From Lingula anatina (lineage: Eukaryota > Animalia > Brachiopoda), in contig CM120642.1 of NCBI GenBank assembly GCA_051362555.1, positions 13,144,001 through 13,208,000 on the forward strand: 64,000 nucleotides of DNA, written 5' to 3'. Below are positions 47,504 through 62,352 of the stretch, in pieces; positions within the stretch are counted from its first letter, which is position 1; the number at the start of each line of letters is the position of its first letter. The position numbers and the translations under genes are program-made. Under the pieces are notes generated by a model. That model did no database searches. It was given only the letters and a program-made list of their open reading frames with translations, and was not told where the DNA came from.

Positions 47504-50432
47504 CCCAGATAGCATGCATACGTTGGGCCAACGTTGGGGAATGGTTGGTTTGTTGGCACATAGTTGGCGTTGGCAGTATTACGTTGGCCCAACGTTGGCC
47601 CAACTACATCATTTTATGCATAATGTAACTGCAATATGTACACGTTGGCCCAACGTTGGCCCAACCACATCATTTTATGAAATAACGTAACTGCAATATG
47701 CACACGTTGTGCCAACGTTGAGCCAACGTAGTCAACGTATGCAATTAACAACCCAATAATTAATTTGAAAGTGTTTCTGTTCACAACTGAGAAGCACATA
47801 TACTTATCTTTTGATCATATACATAGAGTTATTAGGCTTAAAAGAAACATATATAATTTTTTAAAATTTTTTTTTCATTATGAGTTTAAATTCCTTGCAT
47901 TAAAATCAGTTTTCTGCTTTAATTTATCCTCCAAGCAATAAACATTCATATATAGTACTACTACAAGTACTTCACCTATATAAAGAACTGAATGAAAAAA
48001 AATTTTTTTTCCAATAATGCTGCGAAAACATTATATTTATTATTATTATTATTTTTTTTTTTATTGTTATTATTGAAATCAGACAAATGATTGAAGTCTT
48101 ATTATAATGTACAACTGCATAATATATAAATTGTAAACCTCATAGTTAGCATCAATTTAAGCTGGACTTGTGATTAAAATAAACTGGTAACTTTCAATAG
48201 ACCAAATTCATTTCAAGCCAGGTGTTTATCTTAACTGTCAGTTTGACATAAACTGTTTGCCTACAGCATGCTCAATCAGGTCAGTTTAAGCGCGCAACGG
48301 TTAAGCCATTTCAAACATCTAAGCCAGAGGGTCAAGAATGTTCTATAAGGAAGAGACTGAAAACATTGATTTCTGGATACATCTTTTGGAAACTAGAAAG
48401 AAAATGAAGAGATAAAGAGACAGGATAAGAAGTGAGCATGTAAGTGTCTTTCAATTTTGTATTTCTCCATATAATTTACTAGTGCACCAGGATCCATACA
48501 GCCTTGAATTCACAGTATTCAAATTTAGTCCAGCACTTTGATTTTTGTTTGTGACTTTGAAAAGTACTTGCATTGCTATTAGGTTTGAAGAGGGTTTGTA
48601 TTTCACCATTTTTGCCCTTGGTAAAATATTACTTCAAGCTTGACATATATACAGACAATAATTCACAGATGGGGATAATGCCTTTCCCTGAAAATTACTT
48701 GAATTAGAGCCTTAATGGTCCTTCAAAGCCAATTGTTCTTATGTGTCTGTATGAATCTTTGCCAGTGAATTCTGTGATAGAGTTGTTGGTAGTACTAAAT
48801 AATATAGTATTCAGTTATACAGTACAGTTGTATGGGATTTTGAACCCTTTAAAACTGAATCCATGGTCAAGTGTACATGGAAGAACTACTAGTAATTTTG
48901 CTATAAATTACTGCACACACAGACACTCACTTGTAAAAGTTAAAGATATTAGCTTTTGCCTAACTTAGAGAACATGGGGAGATTATCATATTATATTATA
49001 ATACACAACTACTAGTATGTATATGAACACAGTGATGTGGGAAGAGGTATAGTCAAGCATGTAAAAATGTGATGCATATGATGCATATGCATAATAATTC
49101 CAGCATTATATTGCAAGTTAAATTTTCAATATTTAAATTTGTAGATTCAGCACACTCTTCTGTGACTGTTCAGAAAAAGATGTTGAAGATACACCTAACT
49201 AATCGTGCTTTGCCAAAGATCATGCAGGCGCAGGACAGGAAAGATCGAGAGAGAAAAAATGAAGATTGCATTCATATGACCACTGATTTTATTTGAAGAG
49301 ACAATGTCTGAGATTTTGCCTGAAGGAAGAGACTTTATGTGATTTTATAGACTTACTAGTAGCTTATCTACTTAAAGACAGTTCTTTTGAATTTTAAACA
49401 CCTTACCTGATATTAATCAAGGGTTTCTGGATTTAAATTTAATTTAATGAAGATTTTTTTAAAATTGAAATAATCGTGAATCTTGGATTGGGTGAAAAAC
49501 ACTATAATAGTGAAAAAAAAACTGCCTTGACTCCAGGAATAAGGTGGGAAGTTCTTTCACAGGACTGGTAATAATTTTCTTGACATGAATCATTAAACAA
49601 TTCATATAAAATACATTTATGATTGTTTAAATTTAATATTATAATATTTTTATAAACAGTTTCTTTGAGATTTCTTTTTGTATTATTTTCCCATTCCCAT
49701 CACATTATTTAATTGGTTGAAGGTATTGTTTAATGTAATGTTATGAATTAATTAAACAGTTTAAAATATATCACTAATCTTTTTGTTTCTACCGCAACAC
49801 AGGCAGATCAAGTCCTCTGAAGAATTCATCCATTAATTAGCTTGCTAATTTTTCAGTTATACCTTGCAGTCTGTAGATTTCAGATGCTTAAGATATTTCA
49901 TCAGGACATTGATCTGCCTGTGCATCAGACATGTTATTACAGTGCCCTACTACGTATGTGATTCTGGATAAAATTATTTTGCCTTTGGTTCAATGATGTA
50001 AATCACTGTGCCCCTGGTTTTAGGATGGGTCATTAATCATTGTGCAAATTGCAGATACCTCGGTGACCAGTTGGCCTACCGTTGGCCCAATGTTAATGCA
50101 ATGTTGGTTTGAGGTTGGGTAATCGTTGGACCGATGTTGGTTATTAGTAGAACCAACGTAAATACACTGTTGGTTACAGGTTGGGTAATTGTTGGGCCAA
50201 CGTTGAATATTAGTTGGACCAATGTAGGGCCAACGTAGTTTGGTTGGGAATATGTTGGCAATGCGTTAGCATTGAAATTGACCAACGTTGGGCCAACGTT
50301 GGCCAATTACGTTCAGCCAACCGTTGGCCAAAGTGAGCACTTAGATGGAAACCCAACGTTGGGCCAACGTATGCATGGTCAACCAAGGCAACGTTGGGCC
50401 AACGTTGGCCCAACGTTTGCATGCTATCTGGG
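47504..50432. mobile_element. 2.9-kb non-autonomous CMC/EnSpm(CACTA)-like DNA transposon
   Basis: TIR CCCAGATAGCATGCA(T/A)ACGTTGGGCCAACGTTGG at both ends, AA on both sides (2-bp TSD), arrays of palindromic CCAACGTTGG subterminal repeats at 47520-47730 and ~50070-50420. Confidence 0.85.
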
Positions 50433-51759
50433 AAGTAGCTTTGCAGGACACTATGACACTTTGCAGAAACTATAACTTCTGGGAATTTCTAAGTTGGATA
50501 ATTCCTATGTTAAAATTAGTTTTATATTGTTTTGCATAAGATAAACTTCTAGCAGAACAGGAATTCCTTGCTTTTTTATCAGATAATTATCAAAATCCTG
50601 TTGTGTGTGCGTGCCCACAAACACATGCACGCACACTATTCCATCATCTGTGAATTACTAGTATACAGGTTTAATATATATCACAAATTAACCACTGCAG
50701 TTAACTTTCAGGGGTTACTCTGACAATATATTATGTATGTTATAATGATAACTCATGATGTAGCCCTTGTATAAGACCTGTGTGTTGCACTTCTTCCTGT
50801 TGTCACCCTCGCCTGTCTGCCTTGCATATATTAATGTATTGTTTTAGCATTCTGCACAAGCACGCTCAGGTGAACTGTGGGTGGGTGCCACACGCTCCCT
50901 CATTACTCCCACTCTGCAGGCGAGAGCAACATGGTTGGACTCCAGGCATAGGTTGATTTTTTCTTAAAGGTAAAAATGGCATAAAAATTAATGCCGTTAT
51001 GTAATATAGCTGTTGGGAGATTATTTTTTGCACGTTCTTTCTAGAAATTTAGGTTTTGCAAACTCAGATCAAGTTTTTATTGCAATAACTGTGTTTCTAG
51101 ATAGTGCATTGATTGAATTAAATTTTTATAATAATTCTGAATTCAGGAGAAGATCTAATAATTATTGGTTGATGATTTTTGTTGCAGTAATTATTAGTCA
51201 GATATTTATGTTTCTCTGTGAAATTTCTTGAAATGGTCTTCATATTTATTTTCATTTAAATTCTTTTAAGTTGGAAAACGTGAACAACATGAGGTATGAC
51301 TTATTAGCTGGATGCATCTCATTTGTTTGACGTAATTGTATTTTTAATTTGATTTATTTATGGCAATTTTGGTTTTAGTTTGTTGTTTTGCCATCACTAG
51401 ATAAATGTTACGATTTGTAACAACAAAAAGCATGTTAAGATAAAAAGAATGTTCATGCAGCAGTTACTTTTCAAGAAATCTAATGGTTTTATCATGTTCA
51501 TACTATGGTATAAGTTAGGTACTTCAGATTTCTATCTTAATGGCACTGTTGTCTGAAGTGAGTTAGCCAAGGTGCCCTGGTTAGGGCTTATTTTTGGTGA
51601 ACAGAGCAGAACATCACTTTTTTTTTTCTTTTTTTAAAGGCATGTTGAATGTTTTTAGTTAGTCTTTAATGTATGTGTTAATGGTGAAAAAACTCAATTT
51701 ATCTGCTGCAGTGAAAATATATTTTAAATGAAAGATGCTTTAGATTCTCCGAACTCATC

Positions 51760-51762
51760 AAA

Positions 51763-51817
<55 letters not shown>

Positions 51818-51818
51818 A
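51760..51818. repeat. (AAAT)n microsatellite
   Basis: About 14 perfect units. Confidence 0.95.
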
Positions 51819-53754
51819 AGTTGCTGAATTGACTTTCCCCTCTTTTGAAACATTTGAGTTGCATGTAAGTTATTATTATCAGTTAATTTGGACAGGATAA
51901 TTCTTAAGATGGACCAATCTGAATGTTAGGGGTATCTTAGACTGAACTTGCCACATTAGTGAGAAAGATTAAAACAGATCTGGAAAATAGAAACAAAGAA
52001 ATGGCAGGTGGAATGGGGAGCAAATTTTAGGAGACACATTTGAGAAAAAGTTACTTGAAAAGACAGAAGAAATTAGTACCTAGACACTACCTCATTTTGT
52101 CACTGCATGAGTGTGCACCATGCATTAGTACGTCACTGGCATCCTGAGTCTCAGAGTGCTGATTGGCACTCATCTCTACCTAGCTTACTGAAGATAGACA
52201 TCATTACAAGCCAGAAACACAGGGTACCCATGAGTCATTGAGACATAGACATGAATTAAAAAAAGATTCCTCTATCGTGAATACCAATCTGTTTCCGCTC
52301 CCTCCAACATTAAGATACCAGAATTAATGTAAATCCCTCAGATGAATACCTTGTTTGCTGTAGTTATACCGTTTTCCATCTGTAAGTGGATTTTGGAAAC
52401 TCATTTTGTGAACTAATGAAAAAAAGTGTTGCCTTATTGAGAGTAAGTGAGGCTGATATGCAATGTATAAGTAGATCTTGAGGGGAAGTGGGGGCACCTG
52501 TCTCCTCCCCCTTCCTTTTATCTTCCTGAAATATTTTCTTTTAACATGCAGATGTAGTTTGTGACCTGATACCCAAAATAATGTCTAGTCTACCCTCCCC
52601 TCTCCCTTCTCTTAAGCAAAACTTGCAATACTAACACAAAGAAGAAAAATTATAGAAACAGAAATTTTTTGTTCCAAACCGTTGAATGTACCTCTGTTAC
52701 CAGTATTGTCTGAGCTTTTGGTTAGAGTATTTTCAGATGATGTTAGCAGCTTATTTTAATCTCAGTGACATGTGTGCCATTTGATTCGACTTCTAAGGGA
52801 TTGCTGTAATTTGAAAAATAAATAGATAAGTGAATAGGTGAATAAAATGAACATGAAGAAATCTGTTTGGGCTTAGTCACAAAGTAGACACATTCTGGAT
52901 TTCCTTTTACCAGTGCTAAAATGCTGGGAAACATAAGTTGGCATCATTTCTTTTCATTTGAATTGTGATAATCGATTAAGTAATTTTTAAGAGCTCCTAA
53001 TATCTTAAGTTTTCGAAAAGGTAAACATTGCCACAGTTGTACTTTAAAAAATGGATTGGTTGCATTGCCAGCACAGATGACTTACCCATGACATTAATGG
53101 CAGACGATTATAACATACATGATGAAACATATTAAGCCAACTTCAAAGTACTTTTTCAAACAAGATGGAGACAGATCATAGATTTGTGTTGGGTATTTGT
53201 CTGATAAGCAAGATTAAAAACAAGGATTTCTTTGACTGTCAGTAGTTAATCTACATCTTCAAATTGGCCCCCTATTTTAGAAGACCTCAGATACCATAAA
53301 GTGTGGTATGGCATGTATCTCAGTGACAAAACAATGTGAAGCTTGTCTTATTGAATTTTCAGGAACAAAAGTTTTACTTTCAGAATTGAATATCTTATTT
53401 GACCTGTAGAATGTCACGTGCATGCTGCTTACTGATTGATGTATTACAGTATGATACATATTTGAAAGTGGTATTGGGGTTTACATTCGGTTGCATCTCA
53501 AATTTGGATCTTATTTGTTCAATTTGGGTAGTGTTTATCATTGACCATATTTTCAGTTCAAGTTCAAATATTTTGTAGTAGTTACAGTGTTTGATCCAGA
53601 AAGACAGTATTCTCCCAATGTAATGTTCTTCCATGGGCAGTTCAGACATAACATGTACCTATTGCATACCATAAAAGCGTCTATAGAAAATGAAGACCTT
53701 CCTCAGTAAGGTAAAACCAACCATTGTAACAGTTATGGATGGCCAACTCTCACC

Positions 53755-53919
53755 CAGGGGCGTAACCAGGCATACGCACGGATGCACTGTGCGTACAATT
53801 TTTGAGCCAACCATGATCTTATTCTCCATAAATTCAGTGTATTTTTCACGGAATATAATCGTAACTGGGAATTTTCAAAATCTGTGCGTACAATTTTAAA
53901 ATGTCTAGTTACGCCCCTG
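53755..53919. mobile_element. 165-bp MITE with 5-bp TSD (hAT5-like)
   Basis: TIR CAGGGGCGTAAC / GTTACGCCCCTG, TCACC on both sides, internal direct repeat CTGTGCGTACAATTTT. Confidence 0.85.
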
Positions 53920-56900
53920 TCACCTTACTGTGCTTTAGTCCATACTTGCCTGTATAGAGAGCTATTAAATTGTTAGATCCATTTTGTTTTCTGAAAACAT
54001 GTTCATGGATGTTTTGTGTCATTAACTCTTGAAATCAGGCAAGACATCTGTTTCATGCCATATTTGAGGCAAAATTGGACCAACTGTAGTTTTGCTCTCT
54101 TGCTCTCTATAATGTTCAGATAGACTGAATCTGATAAAATTTAGCTTATCAACCAAGTGCCCCCACAGTAAGACCCCATAATCAAGCAGTTTCCAAGTTT
54201 TTTCAAATTTTAGCATATCTGTTTACTGTGCATTCACCCTTTTTATGCATTGCTAGGCCTATATGTACTAAACAGAAAAGTGTACAATCAATTTGAAACT
54301 TGTGCTGTCTAGGCTCTTGCTTGATTACAATTAGTGCTATTGGCTTCATTAACATAAAATACAGTGTGAACTATGCAGACCTTGTCAGTGCAATAAATGG
54401 AAATGAATGAATGAAACTGTAGAGTTTCTCATGGGGTTAATGTGACATTAATGGAGGGGATGGCCTTTACGGACTTAGGTGAATGGCCCCAAAGGTCTGC
54501 AATGTAATGAAACTATTGCATATCTCTCTGACTCACAAAGTTGTCATGGAGGTTCACTATTACAAGATATACAGTGTATCACCTCATGTCAATGCCAGGG
54601 ACAGCATTCATGTTAATTATGATATTTTAAGTATTTCTGCTCAACTTTAAAGGTGTTTGAAAAATTTTGCTGATTTCTTCCTGTGATATAGTTGGGTTTT
54701 ATGGTATAACATATTGGGTTAACGTGACCTGAGCATTGCATGGACTTGGTCATTTTCATCTCTAGATATGAACAGTAATGTCTCTTTTGGGATTTACAGG
54801 TGTTATAATTAGTAGCATTTGTCACATTAGGAATGGATAAGATTTTGTAGATAAGACTGTGAGATGGATATAAGCAGGATATTACAAGACTCACTTATTT
54901 GACGTGAAGCTGTTTGAAAAGGATGGTTTATTAAGGAAAATGAAAGTGGAAGCAGAGAAATTGAATAAAAATATGTGAATCTTCTGTTTAATTTATATGT
55001 AACAAAATGGCCCTAATATAAAGTAGGATTGAAAAGAGTGCAGCCTTGTTAGTCTTTATTTATCAATTTATATCTGATCCTGAAACCCACAGATGTAGAT
55101 ATTAGTAGTTAATTTACCCAAATTACACAGAGGAACATTCTGACACATCCACAAACACTTATGAAGATCAAATCACAACAATCAGAGGATTGTTTCAGGC
55201 TCAGATGGAAGATATATTTGTTGACATAATAAGACCATTAACATTTTGAATTTTTTTTGTTGTTTCTTGTTCAGTTTTTGGGCAATCACACATGTAACAG
55301 GTGCCTGATTGTTGTTTGCTGTTTAACTTTTCATTGCCACCCCCCAAAAATATATTGGGTCAAAACACCAAAATATGTTTTAATTAGTTTGCTAATTTGT
55401 GTCTTCTCTGTCATGAAAGAATTATAAAATCATATTATTAGATTCATTTATATATTTGATAGTCTGCAAATACACTATGACAAACAGATATAGCTTAATC
55501 AGAAATTTCTTGATCCGTAACACTTTGAAAAGTTGTTTGAGTCAGAGATTACGCAATGTTCTTTTAATCTATACTGAGTTACTATGGGAGGAGTGTCCAC
55601 TTGGCTGGCAATGTCCACTTTATTATGATGTTTCATCACTTTAGAATGCAGTTCCTTGTGTAAGTGTAATATTGAGATATTGTAAAATTACTAGATAAAA
55701 AGATAAAATCTGTGTCTTATGGTCCTGGAATGTGGGATATATTGGTCAGTTTAACCCCACATTCCATTGAAGTACATGAAAAGATGTATTATGATAATGA
55801 AATATATTTGTGCTTGTTTTTATGTGAGGCCATAAAATGAGTTATATGTACATGAAACAAGAATGGCTTGCATCCTGTCATAATTGTAGTAAATACACAA
55901 CTATAAAATGGGGTTTAAAATAAAGTTTGAAATATTTGCATGATGCATAAATACTTCTATGAGGATGTGTTCACAGCCAAGTTTAACTGGATGTTGATCT
56001 TCAGGATTCCCAAAAACTGGCACCTTAAAATGTCTAAACCCACATTTTCAGCAGTCAGGGTTTTTTCATGCCAAGTCAGTTTCCTGTCTCTATCATGGAT
56101 GAGATTTTGCCAACTATCAGGGGATTTCTGACTTTTTGGGAGCCAAAAATATCTTTGGCTTTATTGGTACCCTAGTAGCCCATGAGGCCAAATGAGCCAT
56201 CAGAATAAAAATTCTGTACATATTCTTGAATGTTTGAAGTGTGATCTAAAAATTCAAATGCAATCAGAATACTAGCTGTTGGAATACCGTAAGAATATTT
56301 AGAATGCAGTCATAGAGTAATTAGAATACACTTCGGATGCCATTCAATATATCTCCACTTGGAATGCACCTTGAAAAATTTAAACAGGAGCAAAGCATTT
56401 GGGCCAACCACAAGAATGGGCCTGAATATTTGAAATGCACTCCGGATTTTCCAAATGCATTTCAAATATCTACATAAGAATATACAGATAATTTTCTTAT
56501 GGCATTCAACCTCATTCATCCTCTAGCACATGAGGGTGTACAGTTTGGCAGATTGAGAGCACTGCCTTTGGACATCAAACTGCCATATTTCATACCTTGA
56601 GTTTCCTTTGCTGTTTTCTGAGAAAGAGTACAACTCATAAGAAGTAGGAGCATAATTTTTTCCATAGGCATTAAAATTTTTAAGTGTCCCTATGTATATG
56701 AAGTGTCCAAAGGCATAACGTTCAACTGCTATCTGCTATTCTACACAGTCTGGAACAAATGCAAAGCAATGCTAATTAAGAATTAAGGCATATTTCGGAC
56801 ATTTTTACCATCAGTTTCCTCGGTTGTCAGGTGTTGGTCAGTTGTTAATGAAATCGAAAACAATATATCTACACAATTAGAGATTTGTGGTTTTGGTCTA

Positions 56901-59900
56901 CCATGGGCATGTTCTTTCTTATAAAGATTGTCATCAGTCTAGCTACTTATGTTACTGTCATTGTCAACTAAACTAAGTTTTGAACTGTCCCTGTAGTTTG
57001 CCAGCATCCACTTTTTCTAAATTCTGTTATAGTTTTGATCTGTGGCGTAAATATGGGACCAGCAGTGGGGATGGGGTTGGGGCTTGCATTACCAGTGCAT
57101 ATGTACACTAGCAAATTCTAGGGGTCAAGTCTAGTTGGTCAATAATTTCACCAAGGTAGTCAGGCAGAAGCACCAGAACACTGATTTGTGCAAGATAAGC
57201 TTATAGCAGCTTTATAACATGTTTGATAAATACAATCATGTGGTTTCTGAGCCATCCTTTATTATCATGTAAATGTATACAGAACATGAATAGGTGTCCT
57301 CTGCCTGTTCAACATAAAATGGTGTTTGTGGTTGAACTGAAAGAATGTTAGTTAACAACAAGCAGCAATTGTGGTTTGGTGAGGTGCTGAAAATTACTTT
57401 TCCTGTTCATCAACAGAAACTTATTCCAGATATCTGAAGAGAGATTGACAAAAATTACATTTTTGTGCTATCTTAGCTTAATGTAAAGAAAAATGTTTGT
57501 TTAGTCCCTATCATCTAAGGTGAAATATTTGACATAAGCCTGCAAAGAAGTGAAAACAGAGGTCCGTTTCAAAAGTGAACGATAAAATGATATCATCATG
57601 GTAAACAAAATGTGACCATTGACGCAATTTTAGAACGATAAATGCTAGCAACCTTGGGATTGGAAAATACGTCTTAAGCCATATAAAGCCCATCCTGGCA
57701 CAGTGGCAGTGTCCAGGTATGGGTTGACTTGTTATGTGGGTGATAAATGAGGTCTCAATAAGAATCTGTAATCCAGGATTTGTCAGGTAAGCCCCAATGG
57801 GGAATAATGAAAGGAGAAATGTGGTCAAGAAGAGATCTGGTCATTAATCATGGCTGTCCATTAGTGGTGTTTCTTTCTTAAAGGTCCTTCTTTTTCTTTT
57901 GATTCCATACACATTTGCTCTAATGAGATTAAGTGTGAGCTGTTCTTTAGATATGTATGGTTATGTTAATATGAGGGTTGTATGACCTTAAGGATTATCC
58001 ATTTTTTCATTTAAAAAACACTCTAAAATACACGAGTGGTATAACAATGGCAAAAGTTTTTTTTCAATGTCCATACATATAAAAAATGGAAAGTATGGTG
58101 AGGTATATTCAAGGCAAAGGCAGATGCCAATTTATATCACTCTTTGGTATTACTTGACCACAGACGACCCATCGTACCTGTGCCTAACACTACCAGTAAA
58201 GTCATCCATTTGGCATCCAGGTCATATTGTTGGTCATTTACCTGAAAATTATTTTCTTAGTTTTTTCTTTGAATTCTCATTGTAGATGTAACGGTACCTG
58301 TCATTTCTGCAAACAATTTCAGGAGGTGGTTATATGATTACCATTTAAATTCCAATTAAAATTGGATTTATAAGAAGTTGTCTGTAAGTAAGTCTCTTGC
58401 TGTGAGCTGTTTTAAAATTCTTCATAACCATTACAGTAGCAAGAGTAATTCAGGAAATTGTTTATTAAAAGAATGCCGGAATTGTAGTATGTGTCATCCT
58501 TAGCATAATACTTTAACATGCTTTATCATAGGCCCATTTACACACAAAACTTGGTGCAAATTGAAGCAAACCAAATGGTACACTTCATGCTCTGACAAGG
58601 AAGTGCTGTAGGCAGTGACTACAAGTGACTATTTTCCTTATTATTTTTAAACCCCTGTAAATCAAATTCACAAGAACTCTTTTTTGCATTATTGAACTAC
58701 ACAAACTAAAGACTTAATTTTTTTAACATTTCAGTTGTTCTACCGAAATTGCACTGAGTGCATGTAAACCACACGTGTAAATCTGGCATACTTATATATA
58801 TCTTGATTTAATTGCTGCCATGCTTAGGCGATCCAAGACATTATCTCATGGGGATGCTTTCAAGTGTTACAATTTATGTTGAATTAATTGCCAGTGTTAT
58901 AAACCAGACTTAATAAACGTTCTCCGCCTTGCCCCGCTATGATCCCTGTCACACCCCTGCACTAATAGGTGGAATACAGGCAAACAGGTAGGCACGTGTG
59001 AGAAGTCCAAACTTGGTAGACAAAACTAATGTGTCTCCGTGTGTAAAAGTTCAGGATTTTTATCTTAAAAGCAAATATTGTTATCTTTATGTTGAGTAGG
59101 GAACCATCTGATTTTGACTTGGCAAGGATGTACCATGCAAAAAGTGAAAGGAATAAGAAGATGTAATGTAAAAAGTGTCTGGCTTTATTTTATTTCAGAC
59201 TTCCAGCTGTCCTGTTTCAAAATTGAAGCTCCAATTGTTCTGTCTGGCAAAGATTTCACTTTTTTCTCAGTTGTCTGGCTGCCTGATATTGGACCTCAAT
59301 TGTTCGAAGTTTTCTTCATTAAAGGGTGAGTAAAACAATTATGTCTGAAAATTAAATGTTACTATTGTTAGATATGTGAAAAAAGACATGTTTGTAGCAA
59401 ATTATAAGATTGGACAGAAAAAACCTGAAGGTGATCAAGGGTCACAAACTGAAGAATTAAAAACTAAGACATAGACACAAAATGGTTGCTCCACTGAAAA
59501 TGACATGGTTTGTTTGTAGCAGTGTATAAGATGGGAGGAACTAGCAGTAGAAAAAACATAAGTTAATTAGCATTCTTTGATTACTCTACTCGCCACACAG
59601 GTAAGTAGATTATTTACACTGTTTAGTCACAGTAAGTAGTTGTCCACTGCCAGATTTTTAACCATTGTCATGGCTAAACTAGGTCTGCCAATTTCTGGTT
59701 TATTCTGAATAGAGTTATGTTTTTATTGTGTAAGCATATTTTCAAAATATGAAATAAATAATTCTTAAGACCAATGAGGTAGATATGATTATGGTATATT
59801 TCATTAGATTATTAGAGCAATTATTTATTGTTATCATTTATTATTTGTCTGTGATTAATTAGAAAACAATATTATGTGATATAATGTAGTGATTTTTCAA

Positions 59901-62105
59901 ACTTGGGTATCAAATATTTTTAAAATATAGATAAATTTCATGATATGTATACAGGGAGTGGCTGTTTTACAATCAAGCTGTACAACTGCGAGGTAGATGA
60001 TGTCCTCAAAATTGGATGTATTTATTTTAATCATAGATCTTCCCCGCCCTAGTATGGAGACTAATATATTAACAATGCATATAACTGTACAATATGTACA
60101 TGCAAATAAGCAGCTAAATTGATGAATTCTTAGTTTTCTTATTAGACATCCATGGCAACTCACATGTATGAGGCATGGTGATGCCCTCATATCACTTATA
60201 TTTAGACTGTCTTGGTGTTGAATATACAGGCTCAGGGGCTATGAGGCACAAACAGTGGCCCATCGGAATGATTGCCCCAGTAGTGTCCCAGTTAACCTGT
60301 ACCCATGGGCTGTCATCTTGAAAATACATGTTGAGAAGCCCAATAGAAAATATTAGATGCCCCTGAGAGTGTATATAATCTCAGTTTCAGTCCCTCTTGC
60401 CAGAACAGGTACATGGTCCACATGCTTCCTCATTGGCCATTTTGGGTAATGTAACAGATATGCAACACTGTGTAAAAGAAGTTAAGGTTGAAACTAAAAA
60501 TAATGGTTTAAAGTGGAGTTTAAGTGTAGTGGTACTTGAGTTTTAAGCAGTATATATAGTGCAGTATAATTAGCCACTTATGTGACCTTACCTCAACCCA
60601 TTTATATAGTGTAGATCTTTAAACCAGTAATTTGGAACTTTTGATAAAGAGAAAATATAACATATAAAGAATGAAAAAAAAAACACAAGTTAATAAAAAT
60701 AACAAAAGCCCATCTTTAAGAATATACTAAAATTAGCATTTTTACACGAAAAACGTCCTGCACTAAGTTTTATGATGCTTTTCAGTTCAGTGCCAACAAA
60801 ACTTCTGCAAGACAAAATTTGCCACTAGAGGTCACTGGTAGCACACACGCACTTGTCAGTTCTGATCATCTACATCACTGTACATGTTAACCCTCAGTCA
60901 GCCGTCTGTGTGTGTCAGCTGACAGAAGGCAAGGGGAGGTGTATGTAACGCTAATGCTGGCACAGTAGCTAATTGCTCTGATCAAGTAACACTGTGAATT
61001 CATTAGGTGCCTGACAGGTGCCAATTAGGAGTAATTTGATAATTGCTTGAAAACAGCAGGTGATCAAAGCTGTTTATGCTTCTGTGTACATGTATTTTAG
61101 GTGGTGCACTGTTGCTGAAGTGCTTTTAAAAATCTTGTTGGTTTTTATATGTGTGAAATAAATTGAAAGGGGAGAAAGAAAGTACCCTAGCTTGGGTTGT
61201 TAAAGCTGCAGGTACAAAAGATGCCGTCATAAAAGGGCACAAAATTAATATTTAAAAAAAGTTGATATCTGCAAAGAATAGATGCCATACTTTAAGTTAC
61301 CCATATAAAAATGTAAAAAAAAGGAACTGTCTCCTTGCAAAGAAATTCATTGAGATAACATTTAGCAGATACAATTTTTGGAGAGAAAAAAAATTAATTC
61401 CTACCAGAGCGGTTTTAGCACATGAGCCCACTGGGTAGTTATCAGTTTAATCCCAGCACTTAAGCTAAGGATTTATACAATCAGTTTGCTTTAACAAACT
61501 GCATGATTAAACATCATAAAACCATTAAACAATGGTGATATTTCCCAGTGCATTGGGACATATCAATTTCCACACCTTCGGTGAACTAAACACTGTATAG
61601 ATTGTAGCCAAAAGCATGCATGAGTATCATTATATCTGCCTTATCAGTTCTGGAGCAGACTAGTGTTAGTGATAGGGAGTTAAGTGTTAAAAATTACTGG
61701 GATTAAGATTCTTTACATATCCTATCAGATCTCAGTGCCACCTTGACAGAGATATTTATTTGGTGTGTACCTGATGTACACAAAGATGTCTGTTTGATGC
61801 AATATGTAAGTCTTTTTTATTTTGTTTTCATGTTTGCGTCTTATGTGTCAGTTATTGTTCCTTAAAATGTTAGCACTAATGAACAGAAAAATGGCAATTT
61901 ATGTTTTAGATTTGGTTGCCATTATTCTTTCAGATTAGCATTCGTTTTTATAATCTTTAAAAAATACTTTTTGGAAATTTTCTTTGTGTTTTGTCTAGGG
62001 CAGTTTTATATAATACTGAAGAGTTTTTCAAACTTTTAAGTCAGAAATTTATGAGACCATAAATGAGACATAAGATTGATATTATTCTGACAAACCTTTC
62101 TTTAA

Positions 62106-62352
62106 GACTGGGTTCCCATACTTGGATCAATCCATCTGGATCAACCTAACTCCCTGGGGGTTCACGCTAAATTGCTATCAGCTCAAGAGGCTTAAATGTC
62201 TGTCACACCTACTGAATCAGCTAGGGGTAAAGATAATTACCCCCTAACAGTTTTACTAGGTGTGACAGACGTTTAAGCCAGTTAGTTTGACAGCAATTTA
62301 GTGAGACTCCACAGGGAGATAGAACAATCCAAATATCTGTGGGAATGGTCCC
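62106..62352. mobile_element. Harbinger-type palindromic MITE (same family as 3771-4510)
   Basis: Imperfect hairpin over its whole length (e.g. GGCTTAAATGTCTGTCACACCTA / TAGGTGTGACAGACGTTTAAGCC); TAA on both sides. Confidence 0.75.

Noticed and set aside
47520-50420. CCAACGTTGG arrays resembling CRISPR repeats, and their ORFs
   Set aside because: Irregular spacing, no unique spacers or cas genes; they are transposon subterminal repeats.
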